Source: Octopus vulgaris
Lineage: Eukaryota
Assembly: GCA_951406725.2 (NCBI GenBank)
Contig: OX597814.1
Location: forward strand, 142,414,001-142,478,000
Direction of reading: 5' to 3'
Length of the DNA: 64,000 nt
Below are positions 41,451 through 55,800 of this stretch, piece after piece; position 1 is the stretch's first letter; each line of letters begins with the position of its first letter. The notes below the pieces were generated by a model, which was not told the origin of the DNA, searched no databases, and saw only the letters and a list, made by a program, of their open reading frames with translations. Made by a program: the position numbers and the translations under genes.

Positions 41451-41870
41451 GGATCTTTTCGGTTTGAACGGCAGTTTTTTAAAATAATCTCGTCGTATCT
41501 AAACACTTTTAAACTTCGTATACTGGTAGAATATGTTTATAAAACATATTTTTCTCTTGGCTTTATTGAGAAAATTCTATAGTTTGTAAGTTATTTGTTG
41601 TTGTTTTTTTCCTTCAATTTCTGCAATTTCAATCAATCAATGACGTCTATTGAGGTGAAAACATTCTGTGCCGTATGAATATTTCCTCGTTTAAGAAATA
41701 GATTGGGTTTATTTACATTTCTGAAGAAAAAAAGATACCCTTCCCCCCACCCCTAACCCTAACCCTAAAACAGATTGAAATACAATAGATCGATACTAGG
41801 GTCATAATTATGGGTGATAATTTCATATGACACCGCTAGAAAAAAATTGCCATTCAAACCGAAAAGATCC
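41451..41870. mobile_element. 420-bp MITE with ~29-bp TIRs and perfect 8-bp TSD
   Basis: TIR GGATCTTTTCGGTTTGAAyGGCArTTTTT; TSD AAACAAGG at 41443-41450 and 41871-41878; internal (CCCTAA)3. Confidence 0.9.
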
Positions 41871-42189
41871 AAACAAGGTACCCTGAATGAATACCTAAGT
41901 ATTATCATTAAAATAGTTCTATAATGATCCTCGGCATCTTGCAAATGCATTTGTGTAACAATGGGATAATGAAAACATATTACGTGGATTGTTATATTCT
42001 AAGGAAAGAAGAGCGGACAGCTCAAGACATTGTTATACGTATTTCAGTAACGTAGTCATTTATTTAACAATGTGTAATACGTTGTAATTTTCGCATTGTT
42101 GTATAAATGGCGACACTATTGTAGCGCGGCTTCTTGTTTCTGCTGAAATCTACAAGTTTTTTTCATTCTATCTTAGTTTATTCTCTCTT

Positions 42190-42295
42190 ATTCTCTTCTG
42201 TTGAAGTCCGTAGGCTCGAAAAGACTTCATTTTTCCCGAGCGTCAAACTAATACATTTGTTTGTTGTTCATACACCTGTCTTCGTCTTTTGTTTA
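42190..42295 (+). mobile_element. Penelope-like terminal repeat with degenerate hammerhead
   Basis: CTGTTGAAG-tccgtagGCTC-GAAA followed by sequence shared with 28290-28412. Confidence 0.5.
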
Positions 42296-42386
42296 CACAA
42301 ACGCACACACACACACACATACACACGCACAGGAATGCACAATTACCTAACCCACACAACCCCATGCACACACAGACACACATACC

Positions 42387-42422
<36 letters not shown>

Positions 42423-42842
42423 AACGTACACATGTACACACAACAACATACGCATACTCAAGCACACGCACATACACGCAACAAAACTCACACATAACTC
42501 GATACCTATCTCCACGTTCACACACACATATACACACGCACGCACGCACATACACACACACATACACACACATATACATACGCACATACACACACGCACA
42601 CACACATATATACACGTACATACACATACATACACACACTCGCACATATACGCGTACATACCTCCAACACACACAACACACACTCATACAGACGCGCACA
42701 CAATTACAGACACATGGGTATAAACACACACGCACATAAACACAGTGTAACGTACATTTACTCCACAGACACAACCTCACGCGTACACACATATATATAC
42801 ATACACAATGCAAACAAAACATACACACACATACATACATAT
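42296..42842. repeat. Degenerate (CA)n field
   Basis: Direct reading. Confidence 0.9.
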
Positions 42843-42993
42843 ACGACGATCTTCTTTCAGTTACCGACTAACAAATCTACTCACAAGGCTTTGGTCGGCC
42901 TGTGGCTATAGTAGAGTGTGCCACGCTGTGGGTCTGAACCCGGAACCGTTAGTCGGGAAGCAAGCTTCTTACCACACAGCCAGGCCTGCGCCT
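42843..42993 (-). mobile_element. SINE family A 5' half
   Basis: CTTACCACACAGCC..CCTGCGCC, the reverse complement of the family A head. Confidence 0.8.
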
Positions 42994-43173
42994 ACACACA
43001 CACACACATATATATATGTAAATGAGTGGAAATCGAACCGTTGAATGTGTAAATTAATAAGGCATTAAAACAGAATGACTGTCTCCAGACATAATAAAAT
43101 ATGCTTCAACAGACGAATTCACACAAAGAATCTTACAAACCAAATACAAAAACGAAATATGTATTTATGTATG

Positions 43174-43207
<34 letters not shown>

Positions 43208-43229
43208 TGTATGTATGTATGTATGTATG

Positions 43230-43273
<44 letters not shown>

Positions 43274-43830
43274 GAGGAAAAAGCCGCTAGTATAAGTGTA
43301 CAACAGATTGAATACCAGATTAGTACTAAGAAGCTTTAAACTCTTAATTTCAACTTCCTAATCTGGGTGAAAATAATTCTTAGTGTTAGCAAGAATTGAC
43401 TCGAAGAACTGTGTAATGCAAGAGATGGACAAACATGTATTTTTGGCGTCATATAATTTATTTCATTTATTAAAAATGTTATATAAATATTATATAAACA
43501 TAGCTATAAATATGAACGTTGAAGCAAAAATATATTCTTAAATAATCCTTTACCTCTGCAATCAGCACTACAGGGAGTATCTGAAAATATTATGTGAGAA
43601 TTGAGATTTTCTCTTTAACAAACAGCGGGACGCAATTTTATTTTGTAAACATCGATTTTTTAAAAGGTTTACTTTTTAGCATAGATGAACATCTATGTTA
43701 GCTGTTCAATCACCTTAGATAACAAGTAACCTGTATATCATCCTAACATACATCCCTGTTCTAGCTTATAATATGTTCTTTCCTATCTGTTTTACAAGTA
43801 TATACTGGGCCTATTATACTTATGACACAA

Positions 43831-44060
43831 AGGCGGTTACCTGGCAGAATCGTTGGCTCGCTAGACGAAATGGTTAGCAATATTTCGCCCGTCGCTACGT
43901 TCTGAGTTCAAATCCCACCGCGGTTGACTTTGCATGCCATCTTTTCAGGGTCGATAAAATAGATACCAGTTGAACACTGGGATCGATGTAATCGACTCAC
44001 TCCCCTCTCCCCCACCAAAAAAAATTGCTGCCTTTGTGGTAAAAGTTAGAAACCATTATT
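43831..44060 (+). mobile_element. SINE family B
   Basis: Head and central domain; flanked by a CTTATGACAC direct repeat. Confidence 0.85.
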
Positions 44061-45184
44061 CTTATGACACCTTAAACTCTTTAAAATTCTATTTTCTGCG
44101 TTATATCATAGATACTTTCACTGTCCGTTCTTATTACATTATCTCTTTTGCCTTTTCTTCCTCTTTTTCTTTTTATTCTCTTATTTTCTTGTTTCCCATT
44201 CTTTAATTCTTTACATTTTCACTAGAGCTTCTGCCTCGTATTATCTACATGGTTGGACGCTTATACGTAAGGCTACCAAAAGATCAGTTGCCACCCACTG
44301 AGAAGGGAATGCCTGGATGCTTTCTTCTGTTCTTTTGTTTACTTCATTCATTCCTTTCTTATAATGAATGCAGTTTGATCTTCCGTCTCCTATATTTCCA
44401 TCAAACTTTGTTTCATGACGTATCTTGACTAGTGGGATTCCTTCTAACTGTCTGTAGCCCTGTCGTGTTTTCTCTGCTCTTTCTTCCATTTTTTCCTTTT
44501 TCCTTCTTTCGTTTTACTACACGTATGTCTCCTGTAATCACCCTATCCCGCACTTTTCTTACACCTTCTCGCAATATATTTCACAACCTTTCTACCTATC
44601 ATTCTTACTACCTCTCCATCACTAACTCACCTTCCCTTCGTATGTTTATTGATGTTTTCATGGTCTTAAGTACCGGCTTACTGCCATAAGAATCGCATTT
44701 TCCCATTCCGTCTGAAGAAAAAATTTGGCGCTTAATGCCTTCGGCTTAAATATATTGATGTTTCATGTTTATGTGCTGATAATAATTTCTACTTCTTTGA
44801 TGTGTATTATTGCATGATACACATTAGTGCATCAAAACGTCACTGAATCTTTGAAACAGCCGTAAAGAACTATCTAGAAAAATATTTTTGCTTTGAAAAT
44901 TATATCTATGATTATGTTTATATACCATCTTTTATAAATGATATCGTACTATGTATATAGATGAGTGTCCGTCTTTTGCCATACACACACACATGCACAC
45001 ACACACTATAGATACGCTATAAATGCTGGATTGATGAAGTAAGGATCGGTAAAAAAAAAGAAGAAGAAGAAGAAGAAGAAGAAGAAGAAGAAGAAGAAGA
45101 AGAAGAAGAAGAAGAAGAAGAAGAAGAAGAAGAAGAAGAAGAAGAACAACAACAACAACAACAACAACAACAGAACAACAATAA

Positions 45185-47856
45185 CAACCATGGGCGAAAC
45201 GGCGCATTGAAAGGGACATAAAGCAAGTAAGGCAAGATCTAGGGAAAATTGAGCAATGGTTAAGAGGAAACTGGAAAAATGGGGAAAAGACCGACCGAGA
45301 AAAATTAGAGGAGAAATATGAAATACGGAAGAACGGCGTGACAAAAGTCAGATCAGAAGATTTGTGAACAAAAATAAGCAGTTCGAGGAGAACAGATTGT
45401 TCAAAAATAACCCGAAGCAATTCTTCCGAACGTTATAAGGAAACAGTGGGGAATATGTTGCACCTGATGCAAATCAAGCCAAGTAGTTCTGGAGTGGATT
45501 ATGGGGAAACAATGAGGTGCATAAAAGGGATGCAATATTGATAGGAACTATCAAGACAAAATTACAAGGAGGAAAGAAACTAAGGAATATTGTCATAAGC
45601 ACGGGTGATGTGAAAGAACAAGTGTGTAAGGTGCCTAACTGGAAAGTCCTCGGACCAGATGGGATTAATGGCTTCTGGCTGAAGAGATGCTACGCGGTGC
45701 ATGAAAGACTAGCAGCCCAATTGAATGAGTGTGTCCAGAAAGGTACCATACCCGTGTTGATGGTGACTGGGAGGACAACACTTGTAATGAAAGACAGAAG
45801 AAAGGGGAATATTATGGGAAACTACCGTCCCATAGCATGCCTAAACATAATCTGGAAGATACTCACTGGAATATGGGCGGCAAAGACATATACTTTCCTG
45901 GCACAGAAATGGATACTACCAAGGGAACAAAAAGGACGTAGGAAGAGTTCTCAGGGTACCAAGGATCAGCTGTCATCGATAAAACAGTTTTGAAGCATTG
46001 TAAAAAAACATCATACAAACACGCCTATGGCTTGGATTCACTTTAAAAAGGCATATGATATGATGCCTCATTCTTGGGCCAGTGAATGCAGATGTTTGGT
46101 GTTGCTGACAACATCACAAATTTTCTGATGCATAGCATGAAAGAGGAGAAAACCAAATTGTACTCAAGGAATTTATTTCTTGGAGAAATTAATATCAAAA
46201 GGGGAATCTTCCATGGTAATTCGTTTTCTCCGTTACTTTTTGTAATTGCACTAATACCCATAATAATGACACTTAGGAAAGTTAAGATGGGTTACCTATG
46301 TGGGAAGAAAGGCCCATCATTGAACCATCTTCTGTTTATGGATGTCCTGAAATTGTTCGAGAAATCTGAAAAACAGACAGATTCTTTAACCAAAACAGTC
46401 CAGATGTGTAGTAGGGACATCGGTAGAGAATTTGGGATCATCAAATGCTCAGTACTTAATATGATAAGAAGGAAGAAAGCAGCCTGCAGAGGATTGCGGT
46501 ACAATCAGGAGAGACCATGGGTGAACCCGACGGTAGTGGGTATAGATATTTAGGGATTTTGGAGCTGGATGATATTCTACAGAGAGAAATGAAAGTCAAG
46601 GTCAACGAGGCGTATCAAAAAGGGTGAAGATGGTGTTGAAATCCAATCTGAATGCCAAAAACTTGATTACCGCAATGAATATCTGGGCAGTTGTGGTGGT
46701 CATATATAGTGCGTCCGTCTTCAAATAGACTAAGGAAGAAATTTCAACACTGGATAGAAGGACAAGAAAGTTGACGCTGCGTGGGGCGCTACACCCTAAA
46801 ACAAACGTAAATATACTGTATATGAAAAGAAAGAGAGGTGACAGAAGACTAATTGGTATAGAACATTGTATTAATGGTGAAAGGAGAACACTTTCCAAGG
46901 ATTTGATAAATAGTGATGAAGACCTGCTGCAATATGCCGCGAAAGATATGGATGTAAATGCAGATGAAATGATGGGCTAGGAACAGTTTAACCAAAGAGC
47001 TGAGGAAAAGAGAAAAGAAAACCTTGAAATGAGAGTGCAAAGACAGTTTGAAAGGAATACATAAGACGTTAAGGATACTACAGTATCGTGGACATGGCTT
47101 GAGCGAGGTGATTTGAAGCGTACCAGAGAAGGCCATATCATTGTTGCACACGAATAGGCTCTCTTTACCAATTCAGTGAAGTATAACATCTAGAAAACTT
47201 CTGACGCCCAGAAATGCAGACTCTGTGGAGTGTGGAAAATGTGAGCCACTTGGTAAGTGAATGTGAGAGCTTTGCACAAAAAGAATACAAGCGCCGCCAC
47301 GATAATGTGTGTGTGTATCTTCATTGGTTCTTATGCCGCAAATACCAATATGAAGTAACAGAGAACTGGTATGAGCATGTACCAAGTAAATTTATGCAGG
47401 AGGATGGGAAAGTAACGATTCTCTGGGACTATGATTTTCAGACGGATCGTGTAATCGAACACCGTCGGTCGGAAAGTGTCATATTGAATAAGAGAGACAA
47501 ATACTGTCAGATCATTGATGTAGCCATACCAAATAACATGAATGTTGTGAGTAAAGAGGTTGAAAAATCACCAAGTACTCCGAATTGAAAGTGGAATTGG
47601 CAAGATTGTATGGAATACGAGAGGGTAATGTAAAAGTGATACCAGTGGTGGTTGGAGCGTTGGATTCAATCCCATTGAAACTTCAAAGCTTCTTAAAGTA
47701 ACTGGAAATCCCATGCAAGATTGATGTCTTGCAAAAAGCAGTCTTATTGGGCACAGCACACATCTTAAAGAAAGTATTATCTGTCTGAGGTCCTTGTTGT
47801 GACTTGACAAATGACTAAAGACTCCGGTGCATTTTTACCTACACTGTGTTACGGAG

Positions 47857-47858
<2 letters not shown>
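45185..47858 (+). mobile_element. R4/Dong-like LINE, ~2.7-kb 5'-truncated and decayed (RT + zinc knuckle + REL)
   Basis: NWKVLGPDG, NYRPIACL, GIFHGNSFSPLLF, LNHLLFMDVLKL, CRLCG...HLVSEC, RRHDNV, ILWDY; preceded by (GAA)n(CAA)n and followed by (AAT)n. Confidence 0.93.
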
Positions 47859-48726
<868 letters not shown>

Positions 48727-48731
<5 letters not shown>

Positions 48732-49617
48732 AAGAGAGCGAATAATGCAGATATTGACAAAGCCCTGACCCATCAATGGCTTCTGGCTTAAAATCTGAAA
48801 CAGAAGGGTTTATCGTAGCAGCTCAAGATCAATGCCTACCAACAAGAAACTACCAGGCCAACATATTAAAGAACGGCAGTAGCCCAACATGTCGTGTATG
48901 CCGACAACAAAATGAAACCATTGATTATGTTGTCTCCAAATGCAGTCTTCTAGCGCCTACAGAGTACCTCAACAGGCATGATAGAGCTGCACAATATATT
49001 CACTGGGTAATTTGCAAAAACCTGGATTTGTCCCATGAAAAAAACTGGTGGGAACACAATCCACCTCCAGTGCTTGAAAATGACCACATCTCACTCCTCT
49101 GGAACTTCACCATCCAAACTGACAGAAAGATAGATGCAAATAGGCCAGACATCATATTGAAAGACTTCAGACAAAGAGCATGCCTCCTCATTGATATGAC
49201 TGTCTCAATCGATATAAACGTATCTGTCAAGACCTACCAAAAACTGAGCAAATATAAAGATCTTGAAATAGAAATCAGCAAAATGTGGAACCTGAAGACT
49301 AAAACAATACCTGTTGTCATAGGTGCCCTGGGAATGATAGCGAAAGGGGCTGATTGCTACCTAACTCAGATACCAGGAAACCCCAAAATGGCAGAAATTC
49401 AAAAGATAGTGCTCATGGGAACTGCTCACATCCTACGCAAAATACTCTCTATGTAATCCCAAGGTTTAAAACAAACTTTTTTTTTTAATTTATGTATTAG
49501 ACATTCACTGGCACACTAGGCATAACAACAACGTGAACTTCCAACCTGTTGTCTCTTGAGGCCTCTGGGTGAGACTTGGAGCTAACTTGTACAGACATAA
49601 AGCAAAAGTCAAACATA

Positions 49618-49619
<2 letters not shown>
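48727..49619 (+). mobile_element. R4/Dong-like LINE 3' fragment with intact 226-aa zinc knuckle-REL ORF
   Basis: ETEGFIVAAQDQCL, CRVC, RHDR, LLWNF..TD..NRPDII..LIDM..KLSKYKDL; (TAA)n on both sides. Confidence 0.93.
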
Positions 49620-49670
<51 letters not shown>

Positions 49671-49671
49671 T

Positions 49672-49803
49672 GTTTCTTTATTACCCACAAGGGGCTAAAC
49701 ATAGAGGGGACAAACAAGGACAGACAAACGATTTAAGCTGATTACATCGACCCCAGTGCGTAAGTGGTACTTAATTTATCGACCCTGAAAGGATGAAAGT
49801 CGA
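49672..49803 (-). mobile_element. SINE family B 3' half
   Basis: Matches the 36060 and 29177 tails. Confidence 0.85.
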
Positions 49804-49811
49804 AAATAATA

Positions 49812-50285
49812 ATATTCCCTGATGCAGTACCAGGCAGTGGCTCCCATGGCATTTGGTCATAACTGATTGGAAGTATTATCATGTACATTGTTTTGTCTTG
49901 GTATAAAAGATGGACTACATCAAATATTCTTCTCAATACCACAGATTTGCTTGTCAGTTGCTTTACCTTAAACAATTGAGGATATTCTTTAGTGGCTGAC
50001 AATCTGGGCATCTCTGATCACGTACAAAAGTACTGGAGGAGAATCTTTGGGGTTTGAATAATTCAGGTATCTTTTGAGTGGGATGGGCTACTCAACCTGA
50101 TGAAACTTTTAACTGGACCCCAACCGCAAGGTCATGCGCTATTTATCTTCATATAAGATCACCATGGTTGTGATCTTATTTCACGTACTAATGGTTGTGA
50201 TGCATATGCCTGGTACACCCGTATCAAACGGCTAGTCATGATGAGTATATTGAGCTTCGTATATTTGTACTTCGGTGTCACTTCA
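49812..50285 (+). mobile_element. Unclassified repeat family D (second copy)
   Basis: CCTGATGCAGTACCAGGCAGTGGCTC...; reverse complement of 25150-25672. Confidence 0.75.
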
Positions 50286-50689
50286 ATAACAACAACGACG
50301 ATGATGATGATGATGATGATGATGATGATAGCTGAAGGTTGTAGTTGTGGCAGCAATTCCAGTGGTAACAATGATACATAAAAAAGAAACAATTGATAAA
50401 AGTATTGATGATTAAAAATGAAAGATGAATATACTTTTGAAGGTAAAAGTGGCGAAAGGAAGAATTGAGGATTAATAGATGATACGGGCAGAGGGGAAGA
50501 TGGATTGTAGAGGAAGAATTAGTGGCTTAAAGGTTACGAGTTTCAAATGTTAAAGAACAGAATATGTTAAAAGGTTAAGAACTGTAATGAATATGACTGC
50601 ACGGACTATAAGACAGGTGTGGTACTTCTTATAAATGGGGAATTGTCTAGGTGGTTAGCAGGAAGACTTCGTTGGAAGGGAGGTGGGAA

Positions 50690-51095
50690 AATAGACAAGA
50701 AGATGATGTGGAGAAGAAGGAGGAGGTTGAGGTGGAGGAAGTGGCGGAGGAGGTGGAAGTGCAGGTGGTGTGGGAGGAGGAGGAGGAGGAGGAAAGGGTG
50801 GAGGAGGAGGGGGATGTGGTGGTGGTGGTTGAGAATGATGATGATGAGGTGGTGGTGGTGGAGGAGGAGAATGGGTGGAGAGGAGCAGGAGGAGAAGGAG
50901 GGTTGGTGGAGGAGGAGAAGGGGTGGGGGAGGAGGAGGAGGAGGAGATGGTGGTGGTGGTGGAGGAAGAGGATCAGCAGTAGCAATAGGTGTAGAAGAAG
51001 AAGAAGAAGAAGAAGAAGAACAAGGAGAAGAAGAAGAAGAAGAAGAAGAAGAAGAAGAAGAAGAAGAAGAAGAAGGAGGAGGAGGAGAAGAATGA
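50690..51095. repeat. Purine-rich (GGA/GGT/GAA)n low-complexity tract
   Basis: Direct reading. Confidence 0.9.
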
Positions 51096-51739
51096 GAAGA
51101 GATATGATATTTGGGAAAAATATGAAATTAAAAGAAGGAAATGAATGGTTAAGATACGTTATTGTGGAATAATGATATTTGTACAACAAAAGACACTAGA
51201 GATAGTGAACTGTGGGAGGAGCTCAAGGCGTCTGTGTATAACGAAAATTAAGGTACGTTGAAAATAACAAATTATATAAATAGAGATAATCGACGTTATC
51301 AGATTTCAGATGAATAATTTAGAGAAAACAAAGGTATAATATAGAGAAAATAAAACGTGAAATATCTGAATGATAATAAAACGTAAATACAATAAAATAA
51401 TAATTGTTTAAAGACAGTATAACTGTGCCGGAAAAAAGACGATAATGATACAGAACTATCGACAATGGAGATAAAGATGTATGCGAAAAACTGCAAGGAT
51501 ATATAGCAAAATGCACAGAAGAAATGTGAAATGTCAGAGGTATGTGCTATTGAAGATAAAGTATTGGTTTGATGTTCTCGTAAGTTTTAAAAGTTTCAAG
51601 ATTGCAGGAAAGCGTTCAGAACGGCTGCTGAGTGGAGGGTCCTTGGTTTGTATAATCTTGAACTTTTCTGCAAAACATAGTTTGCATGGTTTTTTTATCA
51701 GAACTTGACTGAAAGTAAGTGTCTCCCATTTTTATGCCC

Positions 51740-52115
51740 TCTTTCACATGTTTCAAACATTAGATTGCGGTCATGTTGGGGCACAGCCTTGAAAAATGTT
51801 TTGTCGAATGAATCGAGGCCAGTATTTATTTATTTATTTATTTATTTTTGAAGCCTGGTAATTATTCTATCGGACTGTTTTGTTGGATCGCTAAGTAACA
51901 GGGACGTAAAAAACCAATACACATGCACGCACACACGCACACACACGGGCACACACACACATTCGATGTACATGTGTATATATATAAGACGGGCTTCTTT
52001 CAGTTTCCGTCAACTCACAAAAAGACACTTGCCAAAGGTACCACGTAGTGGGACCGAACCCGGAACCATGTGGTTGGTAAGCGAGCTACCTACCACACAA
52101 CCATGCCTGCGCCTA
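51740..52115 (-). mobile_element. SINE family A, degenerate
   Basis: Tail at 51745-51790 and head ending ACCACACAACCATGCCTGCGCC at ~52113. Confidence 0.75.
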
Positions 52116-52152
52116 TGCGCCCATATATACATATATACATATATATATTATT

Positions 52153-52195
<43 letters not shown>

Positions 52196-52435
52196 TATAT
52201 ATATATATATCTATATATATATATATGTATGTATGTATGTATAGTTATTTTCAGGACACCCTGACAGATCCGGCCAATGAATATATAGTAATGCTCAAAT
52301 TATTACGTCACCACTCGCTCGAGATTGTGGATCAAGAAGCAACGAATTATGAGTCAGCTCTGAATAATCAAATAGATACTAACACAGAAATATAGCCAGA
52401 AATATGCTTATATATAATAGATATATGCATGTATG

Positions 52436-52479
<44 letters not shown>

Positions 52480-52598
52480 ATGTCATACATGCATACATAT
52501 CTTCCGATATCGGGTAAGACATATGGAGATAAATCTGAATGACATTGTTGATATATAGATATGAATATGTGTGTGTGCATATATATCTATATGTATAT

Positions 52599-52682
<84 letters not shown>

Positions 52683-52744
52683 ATATGTGTATATATATAT
52701 ATATGTATGTGTATATGTATATATATATATATGTATGTGTATAT

Positions 52745-52776
<32 letters not shown>

Positions 52777-52869
52777 ATATGTATATATATATATGTATGT
52801 GTATATGTATATATATATATATATGTATGTGTATATGTATATAGTGGTTTTGTCTCTAATAATAATATT

Positions 52870-55800
52870 ATATATATGTTGTGCGCGCCACAAACAGCCA
52901 AACAGATGTTGTGCGCGCCACAAACAGCCAACATGATGTTGTCGAAAGAGCAGCTGCTGAGCAACAATCTTTTTTGTGCATGGCACAAAAGATTGTACAG
53001 CAGCTGACCTGGCTTCATCAAACCCAAGCCCGCAGGTGGGACTACCCACTATATACCAGACAACCACAGCAAACAGACACAGGATGGACACCGCCGGCAA
53101 CAACGTACACCTCACCTCGATACTCCTACTGAACATCAGAGGACTGCAAACACTCAGTAACAGGACAAAGATCCCGTTCCTGAGAGACTTTGTTGCATGC
53201 AATCAAGCCATATGCATAGCACTTACAGAAACGCACCTGAAACCGGACATAGCAGATGCGGAGTTACACATACCACAGTATGCTGTACTACGGACCGACA
53301 GGAAAGAAAGGAGTCATGGAGGTGTTGCTATGTACATCCGTGAGGACCTCACACCCCAGGTCCTCTTGTCATACTCAAACTCGGTGTGTGACACACTAAT
53401 TGTACATATTAAGCAACTTAATGTAGTTGTGTGTGCTACATATCGCCCTCCAGATGCCCCAAGCCATGTGGGCAAGTTTGAAGACTGCTTTATAAAAATA
53501 GAAGAAATTCTAACCACATTAGAACAACACATAGGTGTGCTTCTTATGGGAGACTTCAATCTGCCCAATGGCAGATGGCCCGAGGGCCTTTCTCTCCCAG
53601 GAATGACAAGATGTGAACGTGGACAGGCGAGGTCCCTCCTGAACCTCATCAACACCCTGTACATGGAGCAGGTAATACTCCAACCAACCAGGGCAGGTAA
53701 CACACTGGATCTCTGCTTCACAAATGACATGGATCTCATCCATAATGTGAAAGTGACACCGACACTACTCTCGGATCACAACATGATAGAGCTGACCATG
53801 TACGGGCCAAAAGAGAGCACGGACATGCAGCCTACAAGAAACCCTCAAAATCTTTCCAGCTTGAACTACCATAAGGCAAACTGGAAACAAATTGAGAAAG
53901 AGATCCTCAAACAAAACTGGCCTAAATGTCTCTCCTCGCCAGACATCGACGTGAAACTTCAACAATTCATGTCTGTAATGCAAGCCATATGCTACAAATG
54001 TGTCCCAGAGAGAAAGGCCACTGTACACAAGAACAAAATCCCCAGAGAGAGGAAAATTTTAATGAGACGGCGTACGAAATTTTCAAATCGCCTAAACAAA
54101 CAGATTGAAAGCAGTGAAAAGTCCCGCCTAAAAATAAAACTGTTGGAAATCGAAAAATGTCTGCAACTCTCCCATGAAAAAGAAAGAGCAGACAAAGAAG
54201 CCTGGGCTATAGAAAACATAAAATCTAACCCCAGAGCTTTCTACAGGTATGCCAAAGAAACAGCTACAGTGCACTGTAGAATAGGGCCACTCCTCGAAAA
54301 GGATGGCACACTTACAGGAAAACCAATGAGGGTAAGTGAAATACTGAATGAGCAATTCAAGAGTGTTTTCACTCCACCCCTTGGGCATCTCCAAATCACC
54401 AATCCAACTGACTTTTTTACCACTGCAGATATAAAATCAGAGGCGGCGACGATAGATTACATCGATATAAAGGAAGACGATGTAACGAAGGCTATAGATG
54501 AAATGAAAACAGACTCAGCTACTGGCCCCGATGGATTCCCGGCAATTCTCCTAAAAGCATGTAAGAGAGTCCTAGCAAGACCACTGCAGTTCCTCTTTCA
54601 GAGCTTCCTTGCAGCTGGCAAACTTCCAGGAAAACTGAAGGAAGGTAAAATATGCCCCATTCATAAAGGAGGTAGCAGAGCGGAAGCCAAGAACTATAGA
54701 CCTATCTCTCTGACCTCACACATCAGCAAGGTCATGGAACGAATAGTCAGAAGGAAGCTGATCACCTTCCTTGAAGAGAATGACTTGCTGCCCGACACCC
54801 AACATGGTTTCCGACCAGGGAGAAGCTGTTTAACTCAGCTCCTACAACACTATGACTGGGTGCTGAAACGGCTGCTCAACCACTCAAATGTGGAAGTGAT
54901 ATATCTCGACTTTGCAAAGGCCTTTGATAAAGTCGATCATGGAATGATATGTCACAAACTGCGTGATCTCAACATAGTTGGAAAACTGGGAGAATGGCTT
55001 CATGACTTTCTGAAGGATAGAAGTTAGGTGGTAGTAGCCAATGGGGCCACCTCCATTAACACACAAATAGTGAGCGGTGTTCCGCAGGGCACTGTTCTGG
55101 GACCACTACTGTTCATAATGGCCCTCTCAGACATGCCCTAAGCCACGCAGAGAGCCACGATCACAAGTTATGCAGACGATACAAAAGTTTCACAGGCAAT
55201 ACAGAACCCTGAGGACACTAAACACCTGCAATGTGAGCTGGACGAAATATACAAGTGGGCTAAAAACAATAGCATGCAGTTCAATGCTGGAAAGTTTCAA
55301 GCTTTATACTATCAGCATGCAAAACTGAATGCAATACCCAATGAATACACTGGACCCGGAGGGATTGCAATCCCAGAGGCACAATCAGTGCGTGACCTGG
55401 GTATTCACATGAGTGATGACGCGACCTTTCATGTACATGTTGCTAAACTGACAATGAAATGTAGACGGCTGGCTGGCTGGATTCTTAGAACCTTTAGAAC
55501 AAGAGAACAAGAAACCATGATGGTCCTCTGGAAGACACTTGTCCTAAGCCACTTTGACTATTGCTCTCAGCTATGGTCACCATCCAGTGTCAAGTTGATC
55601 ACAGAACTTGAGGCGATCCAACGAAGCTACACAAAGAAGATAGCCTCTATGCAGAATGTAAGCTACTGGGAAAGACTCAAGAGATTAAAATTATATTCCC
55701 TGGAGCGTAGGCGGGAAAGATATGCCATAATATACATCTGGAAGATCCTGGAGGGAAGTGTCCTGAACTTTGGCATCGAGAGTTACGCAAATGCCAGAAC

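Noticed and set aside
41749-41768. Telomere or chromosome-fusion relic
   Set aside because: Only three units, located inside a TIR/TSD-bounded MITE.
50619-51189. Acidic/Arg-rich ORFs
   Set aside because: Translations of GGA/GAA microsatellites with no splice or domain evidence. The same applies to the YI/CV/HT and poly-I/L/Y/N ORFs throughout.
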